A stretch of 22,233 nt of DNA from an uncultured Aquificales bacterium (GTDB taxonomy: Bacteria > Thermosulfidibacterota > Thermosulfidibacteria > Thermosulfidibacterales > Thermosulfidibacteraceae): positions 1 through 22,233 of the forward strand of contig CAYPLO010000026.1 in NCBI GenBank assembly GCA_964411615.1, read 5' to 3'. The position numbers and the translations under genes are program-made. The notes below the pieces were generated by a model, which was given only the letters and a program-made list of their open reading frames with translations, did no database searches and was not told where the DNA came from. Each line of letters begins with the position of its first letter. Within the stretch, counting starts at the first letter, position 1. Positions 15,709 to 22,233 of this stretch are shown in pieces.

Positions 15709-16988
15709 AGGGCATAGAAGAATCCTGTAGATGCACCCTCGGGCATTATCCTCTTCATCTCCAGCAGGTTAAAAGGATGGTTATCAGTAAGCCACTGCAC
15801 ATTCTCCTCGTTCTCCTGCCTCCACAACGAGCATGTGGAGTAGAGGAGATACCCACCGGGTTTTACGAGCTCCACAAGCTCACCGAGTAGCCTTCTCTGT
15901 ATCTGAACGCATTCAAGGTACCTCTCGGGAGTTGTCAGCCACTTCCTCTCTGGGTGCTTGCCCCAGGTTCCAGAACCGCTACAGGGCAGGTCCGCGTGAA
16001 CAGCGTCAAAGGTCCCCTTTCGGAAGGGAGAACTTCCCGCATCGGCTAAGAATAGCATGGGCAACTCAAGACCAAGACGCCTGAAGTCATCCACAAGTTT
16101 ACCCAGTCTGAGCTTAGAGATATCCCCGCAGAAAAGCCTTATATCGGGCCTCAGCTGCCTGACAAGGGAACTCTTTCTGCCCGGAGCGGCACAGGCGTCC
16201 AGCAGGGTGGAGCCCTCCGGCAACAGCTCAAGAAGCTTCAGAACCCCGTGTGCAGTGTTGACATCCTGGACGGTGAACATTCCATCTTTATATTCGTCTA
16301 TACGCATAACCGGATAGGTTTTAGCCAGCCTAATGAAAGGGTAGGTATCCGCAATCCAGAGCTCGTATCTGTACTTTTCCCGGAGTAATCTGGCAAGTTC
16401 GTCCGGCTCTATCTTGAGTGTATTGGCCCTTATGCACATGGGGGGATGCCTGTTCATCTGCTCCATAAGCCACAGGGCCTGTTCCTGCCCAAACTGCTCC
16501 ACCAGCCTCTGGGCAGCCCATTTGGGGAAGAACTGGTACCAGAAGGCCCACTCAAGGAAATCGGCGGGAGGCGATATGCGAAACTTCTTCACTTCAAAGA
16601 GCACGTATCTGGCCCTGTTTATGAAGCCTCTACCCACCCTCTTTTTGCGGAAGAAAGGGGTGAGTGCCTTCAGATAGAAGTTGGGGTTCTTGTTGTTGTA
16701 ATACACCTCAAAGGCACCCACCCTGAGAACAGCCCTGAGAAGGGAGGTGGATTCGCTCAGAGGCTCCCCCTGCACCTCCTCTATCATGCGGTTGAGAACC
16801 CCCCACCTGCGCCCAACCTCGTTGGAGATGAGGGTGGCCATCTCCTTGGCCTTGGGGGAGTAGTTGTACTTTCTGAAGATGGTCTCCCTGGCGAAGACCA
16901 AGTCCCTGTTTATCTCCAGAAGCTCCACTACCCTTACTGCAAGCTCAACCCCTAAGGAGTAAAGTGGTGCACCACCTCCACCAGCCAT
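15690..16988 (-). CDS. RsmB/NOP2/Sun-family RNA m5C methyltransferase with NusB-like N-terminal domain
   Basis: [56 protein letters not shown]; NusB-like [14 protein letters not shown]. Start uncertain (overlaps the hemE end by 37 nt). Confidence 0.88.
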   Translation of the reverse strand: MAGGGGAPLYSLGVELAVRVVELLEINRDLVFARETIFRKYNYSPKAKEMATLISNEVGRRWGVLNRMIEEVQGEPLSESTSLLRAVLRVGAFEVYYNNKNPNFYLKALTPFFRKKRVGRGFINRARYVLFEVKKFRISPPADFLEWAFWYQFFPKWAAQRLVEQFGQEQALWLMEQMNRHPPMCIRANTLKIEPDELARLLREKYRYELWIADTYPFIRLAKTYPVMRIDEYKDGMFTVQDVNTAHGVLKLLELLPEGSTLLDACAAPGRKSSLVRQLRPDIRLFCGDISKLRLGKLVDDFRRLGLELPMLFLADAGSSPFRKGTFDAVHADLPCSGSGTWGKHPERKWLTTPERYLECVQIQRRLLGELVELVKPGGYLLYSTCSLWRQENEENVQWLTDNHPFNLLEMKRIMPEGASTGFFYALLKKAP

Positions 16989-17980
16989 CTCACCCTGTCT
17001 GGGTCCGTATCGGGGAAGATGCCGTGTCCAAGATTGAATACGTGAGCCTTCGCCCTGGTCCCCTGTAATAATATGCCCTCGGCCCTCTCCTTCAACCTCT
17101 CACGGGGCATAAAGAGGGCCGACGGGTCAAGGTTACCCTGAATCACCCTGTGGGAGCCCAGAACATCTATGGCATCGGCGAGTTCCACCCTCCAGTCAAC
17201 AGATACCGCATCGGCGGGGTAGTCCCTTATCACCTTCAGGCACCCACATGTGCCTGTGGAGAAGTAGATTACAGGCACGCCGGTAGCTTTTATCTTCTCT
17301 ATGAGAACCCTGGTGGGCTCAAAGATGAAGCTTCTATAATCGGACGGAGAGAGGACCCCAGCCCAGGAGTCAAATACCTGAAAGGCATCCACCCCAGAAG
17401 AGACCTGCATAACAGCGTAATCCACCAGAAGGTCCACCAGCCTATCGCATAAATCCCTGAAGAGAGAGGGGCGCTCAAACATGAGCCTCTTTGTCCTGTG
17501 GTAGCTCTTTGAACCTCCCCCCTCCACGATGTAGCTGAGCAGGGTGAAAGGGGCCCCGCAGAAACCTATTAGGGGAACATCGGGATGCTCTCTTTTAAAC
17601 CCCCTAACGATGGCCCCCACAAATCCCAACTCCTCCTCAACACAGTAGCTGTGCAGCAGCTTCTTGGGGCTATCAAGAGGTTCCTTCAATTCTATGAGGG
17701 GACCAACCCCCTCTTTCAGATTAACCTCCATGCTCCTTAAGGGAAGCAGGGGAACGAGAAGGTCCGAAAAGAGTATGGCTGCATCCACTTCCAGTAGCCT
17801 AACGGGCAGGTATGTAACCTCAACGGCAAGCTCAACATTCCGGCATAGCTCAAAAAAGTCCCCCACCTTCTCCCTTATCCTCCTGTACTCCGGCAGAAAC
17901 CTGCCCGCCTGCCGCATGAACCAGACAGGCACCCGCCCCCCTCTCCTGCCCCTGAGAGTGTCAAGGAAGAGACTGCTCAT
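16952..17980 (-). CDS. hemE: Uroporphyrinogen III decarboxylase
   Basis: [65 protein letters not shown]. Confidence 0.97.
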   Translation of the reverse strand: MSSLFLDTLRGRRGGRVPVWFMRQAGRFLPEYRRIREKVGDFFELCRNVELAVEVTYLPVRLLEVDAAILFSDLLVPLLPLRSMEVNLKEGVGPLIELKEPLDSPKKLLHSYCVEEELGFVGAIVRGFKREHPDVPLIGFCGAPFTLLSYIVEGGGSKSYHRTKRLMFERPSLFRDLCDRLVDLLVDYAVMQVSSGVDAFQVFDSWAGVLSPSDYRSFIFEPTRVLIEKIKATGVPVIYFSTGTCGCLKVIRDYPADAVSVDWRVELADAIDVLGSHRVIQGNLDPSALFMPRERLKERAEGILLQGTRAKAHVFNLGHGIFPDTDPDRVRWLVEVVHHFTP

Positions 17981-19041
17981 TCCCTCCTCTCCATAAGCTT
18001 CGGTTGATAGCTGCAGAAGGGCTCCTCCTCCATATAATCACCGTAAACCGCATAGGCCCTTGCCCTGCATCCGCCACATATCTTCAGATACTCACACCTC
18101 CCGCATCTACCCTTGTACCTGGCAAAATCCCTCAGCTCGTTGAACAACTCTGAATGTTCCCATATCTCCCTGAAGCTGCTCTCAAACACATTTCCCCCTG
18201 ATAGGGGAAAGTAGCTACAGGGTTTTACATTTCCGTAACAGTCTATGAAGGCTATGGATTGAGCCGCCACACACCCCTTGGCCCCTCCCGTGGAGAACTT
18301 GAGGGACCTACGCTTATATTCTATGCCGTGCTTCTTAGCGAGCTGTACGCATATCCTGTAGTACATGGGCGCACAGGTGGGGCGAACCAGCATCTCCTTC
18401 TCCTCAAGTTCCATGAAGAAGTGCCACTCAAGAATCTTCTCGTAGTCCTCCTTTGAAATAAGCTCCTCCATAACCTCCTCGCCCCTGCCCACAGGAACTA
18501 TCATGAACATGTACCAGGCCACAGGCTTTAAGCTTTTGGCGAGCTTATAGACGTTCTCTATGTCGTGCTGATTCCTTTTGGTGAAGCTGGAGTTTATCAG
18601 GAAGGGGATACCGTGCTTCTTGAACAGCCTCACCGCATTCATGGTCCCCTCAAAGGCACCGGGCTGTCTTCGGAAGTCGTCGTGTATCTCAGGGGTGGAG
18701 CCGTCTATGCTGAGGGACACAATCTGGATACCAGCATCCTTCATCCTCTCACAGACCTCATCGGTCACCAAGGTGCCGTTGGTGGCCATGCACATGCGAA
18801 GCCCTTTTTCTGTTCCGTAGCGGGCAATCTTATCCCAGTCATCCCTCAGAAGGGGCTCTCCCCCTGTCAGAACCACGGTGGGGCTTGAAAAGCTGGCGAT
18901 ATCGTCTATGAGGCGATAGGCACTGTCAAGGTCAAACCTTCCAAAGTCGCTGGAGACAGAGGAGGCACTGCGGCAGTGTATGCAGTTGAGATTGCAGGTG
19001 CCTATAATCTCCCACGCTATCCACTTCGGCTCCCACCTCAT
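17977..19041 (-). CDS. ahbD: Radical SAM/SPASM protein of the AhbD/NirJ family, probable Fe-coproporphyrin decarboxylase (heme b synthase)
   Basis: [74 protein letters not shown]...[19 protein letters not shown]...EPFC; ATGA-coupled to hemE. Confidence 0.75.
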   Translation of the reverse strand: MRWEPKWIAWEIIGTCNLNCIHCRSASSVSSDFGRFDLDSAYRLIDDIASFSSPTVVLTGGEPLLRDDWDKIARYGTEKGLRMCMATNGTLVTDEVCERMKDAGIQIVSLSIDGSTPEIHDDFRRQPGAFEGTMNAVRLFKKHGIPFLINSSFTKRNQHDIENVYKLAKSLKPVAWYMFMIVPVGRGEEVMEELISKEDYEKILEWHFFMELEEKEMLVRPTCAPMYYRICVQLAKKHGIEYKRRSLKFSTGGAKGCVAAQSIAFIDCYGNVKPCSYFPLSGGNVFESSFREIWEHSELFNELRDFARYKGRCGRCEYLKICGGCRARAYAVYGDYMEEEPFCSYQPKLMERRE

Positions 19042-20279
19042 TCGTAGACCTTCTCCTCAACCGCCTGGGCATCGGGGGCATCCTCCTCAATGTCCCTACC
19101 CTGAATCCCCCTTGCCAGAAACTCCCTGTAGAACTCGTGCTGTATGATGAGCCTCATAATCTCGTTGGTCCCCGTCCATATCATGGTGAGCCTCACATCC
19201 CTGAGCATCTTCTCAACGGGATAGACGGTCGTATAGCCTATGCCGCCCAGCACCTGCATGGCGTTGTTGACAACCCTCCAGGCCATCTCCGTTGAGAAGG
19301 CCTTGCACTCGGAGACCAGTCTCCTCAGCCTCCCAGGGTCATCCCCCGCATCTATGGCGGCGGCTGTCTGATGCACAAGAGATCTTGCAGCATCAAGCTC
19401 CATTACGCTGTCGGCAATGGCAAAGGATACCGCCTGAAACCTTCTTATCTTCTGACCAAAGGCCTTCCTCCTGTCGGAGTACTTAGCCGCAACCTCCAGA
19501 ACCGCCCTGGCCATGCCGAGGGCACCTGCAGCTGTGGTCATCCTCTCGGGAATCATCATCTGGTAGAAGACCTCAGCGCCCCGGTTTATCCCCTTCTCCC
19601 CTCCCAGCACGTTCTCCACCGGAACCTTCACGTTGTTGAAGAAGACCCTCCCCGTTCCTCCACCTCTGGTGCCCATGAGGTTGTACAGGTACTTCACCTC
19701 AACCTGGGGTGAGCGCTCCACGATAAAGGCGGTCATGGATTTGTGGGGCTCGTCATCGGCGGTCTTTGCATAAACGAGGAAGAAGTCGGCCCCCTCAGCC
19801 CCCACTATGAACCGCTTGTATCCGTTTAGGATGAAATGGTTCCCCTCCCTTCTGGCAAAGGTGGTGGCCCCGAAGAAGTCGGAGCCTCCCCTGGGCTCGG
19901 TCAGGGCCTCGGCAGGCTTGAGCCTGCCAGCTATCATGGGGGCGAGGAACCTCTCCTTCTGCTCCTCGGTACCGAAGCAGTTTATGGCCTCCCCAACGAT
20001 GGATACCAGACTGTAAAGACACGCCAAGGAGGTGCCCAGAACACCAACCTCCTCAAGGGCAACAACTTCTTCCTTCCATCCCAGCTCCCTGCCACCGTAT
20101 CTCTTAGGAAAGCGAAGGCCAAGCAGGTTCCTCCTGCCAGCCTCCTCAAGGTACTCGGCAGGGTATCTCACCTCGTCCCTGTCCATGGCCACAATCAGGT
20201 CCTTAGGAACCCACTTAACAAAGTCCCTCACCTCATCCCTTATCTTCCTCTGAGACTCAGATAGAAGGACATCAACCAA
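19038..20279 (-). CDS. Acyl-CoA dehydrogenase family flavoprotein
   Basis: [64 protein letters not shown] start after SD GGAGGTG. Confidence 0.93.
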   Translation of the reverse strand: MVDVLLSESQRKIRDEVRDFVKWVPKDLIVAMDRDEVRYPAEYLEEAGRRNLLGLRFPKRYGGRELGWKEEVVALEEVGVLGTSLACLYSLVSIVGEAINCFGTEEQKERFLAPMIAGRLKPAEALTEPRGGSDFFGATTFARREGNHFILNGYKRFIVGAEGADFFLVYAKTADDEPHKSMTAFIVERSPQVEVKYLYNLMGTRGGGTGRVFFNNVKVPVENVLGGEKGINRGAEVFYQMMIPERMTTAAGALGMARAVLEVAAKYSDRRKAFGQKIRRFQAVSFAIADSVMELDAARSLVHQTAAAIDAGDDPGRLRRLVSECKAFSTEMAWRVVNNAMQVLGGIGYTTVYPVEKMLRDVRLTMIWTGTNEIMRLIIQHEFYREFLARGIQGRDIEEDAPDAQAVEEKVYE

Positions 20280-20290
20280 CGGTCCACCTC

Positions 20291-20788
20291 CTAAAGTTTC
20301 AGGAAGTCCCTTATCCTGAAGGGCATAGCCTCCCTGTTCACAGGGGTAACCTCCCAGACGGGATAGTTGCGCCTTATCCTGTTCACCAGGGGGTGGCCTG
20401 AGCGGATGGGGATGGTGGCAACAACAGGTGTACTGGAGCTCAGCATCCCCTCAAACCATCTGACGAACACCCCGGAGAGGGTCTCCATCTTCCCCACCTC
20501 ATCAACCACCAGCACTCTACCCTGCCCCAGAGCCTTCAGACCCCCAACCACCTCCTCAAGGGCCTTTACATCAACACCGTATCGGGAAACCCTGGGACCA
20601 TCAATATCCACATGGGCAAAGACCCTCTCCTCACCCCAGGTGGTGACAATCCTGAAGCCTGTCCTCCTTCCCCCTTCCCTAATCTCCTGGGTGTAGAAGC
20701 CCACCACCCTGTCGGGGTAGAGCTCGCAAAACTTTTTGATGACTGTGGTCTTCCCAACCCCGGGCCTTCCCGTTATAAAGAGCTTCAC
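20291..20788 (-). CDS. THEP1/NTPase_1-family nucleoside triphosphatase
   Basis: [11 protein letters not shown] (Walker A), [33 protein letters not shown] (Walker B); GTG start. Confidence 0.92.
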   Translation of the reverse strand: MKLFITGRPGVGKTTVIKKFCELYPDRVVGFYTQEIREGGRRTGFRIVTTWGEERVFAHVDIDGPRVSRYGVDVKALEEVVGGLKALGQGRVLVVDEVGKMETLSGVFVRWFEGMLSSSTPVVATIPIRSGHPLVNRIRRNYPVWEVTPVNREAMPFRIRDFLKL

Positions 20789-20833
20789 CGCTACCCCCTG
20801 AAGGTAGATACAGGGAGGTCTATTAACCCAAAG

Positions 20834-21541
20834 ATGAAGCTATTACAAGCCATCCAGAACGCAGTGCTCTTCATAACCATACTGCCTGTGGGCAGATGGA
20901 GAGAGGATGTGCCCTGGGAGCATACCCTCTCCATGTTCCCTGTGGTTGGCCTTGTCATAGGGGCCCTGCTCTGGACGGAGGCGAGGCTGGTCCCCTCTAT
21001 AGCCCCTGTGCTCTGCCTCATAAGCTGGGTTGGGGTAACCGGAGCCTTCCATCTGGATGGTCTGGCAGACACCTTTGACGCTTTAGCATCGGGTAAGGGC
21101 AAAGCCCAGAGGCTCTCCATCATGAAGGAGCCCCACATAGGCACCTACGGGGTGGTGGCGGTGGTGCTTGTGCTTATCACCAAGTTCTGGTGCATACAGA
21201 ACGCAAAAGCAGGGGCTCTGGTTATTGCGCCGGTCATGGGGAGGTTCTCCCTTCTCATGGTCCCGTGGCTCTCAACCCCTGCCAAGGAGCACGGACTGGG
21301 GCACCTTGTAAAGACAAACCTGACAAAAAAAGCCATGCTCACGGCAGGTGTAACAACAGCGGTGGTCTCACTGGCCTGCGGTCCTAAGGGTTTAGCGGCC
21401 CTGGCAACCACTATCCTGCTGGATATATGCATAGCCAGCACGGCTGAGAAGAAGTTCGGAGGAATAACCGGAGACACCTTAGGATGTGCTTGTGAACTCA
21501 CCGAGACTGTGGTAATGGCACTCTTCGCCCTCTGGGGATAG
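20834..21541 (+). CDS. cobS: Adenosylcobinamide-GDP ribazoletransferase (cobalamin synthase)
   Basis: [55 protein letters not shown]; multi-TM. Start moved to ATG 20834 (235 aa) because the ORF-track extension overlaps the divergent NTPase. Confidence 0.93.
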   Translation: MKLLQAIQNAVLFITILPVGRWREDVPWEHTLSMFPVVGLVIGALLWTEARLVPSIAPVLCLISWVGVTGAFHLDGLADTFDALASGKGKAQRLSIMKEPHIGTYGVVAVVLVLITKFWCIQNAKAGALVIAPVMGRFSLLMVPWLSTPAKEHGLGHLVKTNLTKKAMLTAGVTTAVVSLACGPKGLAALATTILLDICIASTAEKKFGGITGDTLGCACELTETVVMALFALWG

Positions 21542-21545
21542 GACT

Positions 21546-22233
21546 ATGAGAGTGCACGGAGGCAACATCAGGAACTTCCCGGAAGGAACCATAGACTTCA
21601 GCTGCAACCTGAATCCCTTTGCCCCACCTGAGGACCTTCTGGAGCTGCTGAGGTATCCACCACCGGAACTCTTCACCACCCATCCCGAACCGTACCCGCT
21701 ATCCCTCCAGAAGAGGATTGCGGAAGCCCTTGAGGTTCCAGAGGAGTCCGTTGTTCTGCTTCCTGGAAGCGTATACGGGATACACGCATCCTTAGAACTC
21801 TTCAGGCCCCAGCGTGTCTTGATACCCCACCCCACCTTTAACGAGTACGAGAGGGTGGCCAGGGCATACAGGGTTCCCGTACAACACCACAGACTGAAGG
21901 AGGAGAACGCATTCAGGCTGTGCCTGGGGGAGCTGGCCTCCGCCATGGACGAAAAGGACCTTGTCTTTGTCTGCAATCCAAACAACCCTACGGGGTACTT
22001 CTTCGGCGCGGAGGAGATGGAAGGGCTTCTAAGGTGGTGCGAGGTATCGGACAGTTATGTGGTCTTTGACGAAGCATTCATAGATTTTACAAGCCACGGG
22101 AAGGATACAGTGAAGCTCATCCTCCAAAATACCAGGGGAATCATTCTCAGGTCCTTTACCAAGGTCTTCTCCGTGCCGGGGGTGAGACTGGGATACGCAG
22201 TGGCGCATCCTTCCGTGGCAGAGAAGCTGAGGG
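21546..22233 (+). CDS. cobD: L-threonine-O-3-phosphate decarboxylase CobD-like PLP enzyme (partial; 3' end runs off the window)
   Basis: Not in the ORF track; translated by hand: MRVHGGNI...[10 protein letters not shown]...PTFNEYE...[10 protein letters not shown]...[10 protein letters not shown]...[21 protein letters not shown], DFSxNxNP, the PLP-Lys motif and the position next to cobS support CobD. Confidence 0.88.
   Translation, partial: MRVHGGNIRNFPEGTIDFSCNLNPFAPPEDLLELLRYPPPELFTTHPEPYPLSLQKRIAEALEVPEESVVLLPGSVYGIHASLELFRPQRVLIPHPTFNEYERVARAYRVPVQHHRLKEENAFRLCLGELASAMDEKDLVFVCNPNNPTGYFFGAEEMEGLLRWCEVSDSYVVFDEAFIDFTSHGKDTVKLILQNTRGIILRSFTKVFSVPGVRLGYAVAHPSVAEKLR

Noticed and set aside
20612..20833. 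74-aa N-terminal extension of cobS
   Set aside because: It is mostly antisense to the NTPase gene; CobS similarity starts at ATG 20834.
20789..20833. Cobalamin riboswitch upstream of cobS
   Set aside because: The spacer is only 45 nt and has no B12-box-like sequence.
21479..21985. 168-aa minus-strand ORF
   Set aside because: Antisense to cobD, which the ORF track missed because it has no stop in the window.
1..22233. CRISPR arrays, tRNA/rRNA, IS elements, integrases, tandem repeats
   Set aside because: None seen; nearly all sequence is coding and the largest intergenic gaps are under 100 nt. A covariance-model search could still find small RNAs I cannot see by eye.

Overview
Gene-dense bacterial chromosome segment, probably from a thermophilic, diderm anaerobe or microaerophile (inferred from a THEP1-type NTPase, AGG/ATA-rich codons, an outer-membrane porin, a lipoprotein and an AhbD-like radical SAM enzyme). 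It has 23 supportable CDSs, mostly on the minus strand and often joined by ATGA overlaps. I saw no rRNA, tRNA, CRISPR array or mobile element. Left to right: (1) an AT-rich glycan-biosynthesis block in which a split transketolase sandwiches a cytidylyltransferase/PseG-like fusion; (2) a minus-strand operon of an NtrB-like kinase, an NtrC-like regulator, a DUF2148 protein, PBP1A and rlmN, where both two-component partners have Ser at their phospho-His/phospho-Asp sites and the sigma54 AAA+ domain is degenerate; (3) an MBL hydrolase and a DUF3108-like protein; (4) an ArsR-FmdE-TauE-porin operon with a perfect 20-bp palindrome upstream; (5) hsp20 with promoter and terminator; (6) sirtuin, MTH1187 protein and TPR lipoprotein; (7) NTPase, acyl-CoA dehydrogenase, ahbD-like, hemE and an RsmB/NOP2-family methyltransferase; (8) cobS and partial cobD. 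The best candidates for undescribed biology are the pseudo-NtrBC pair, the ArsR-FmdE-TauE-porin module and the transketolase/cytidylyltransferase sugar locus. Family assignments come from motif recognition, not database searches.
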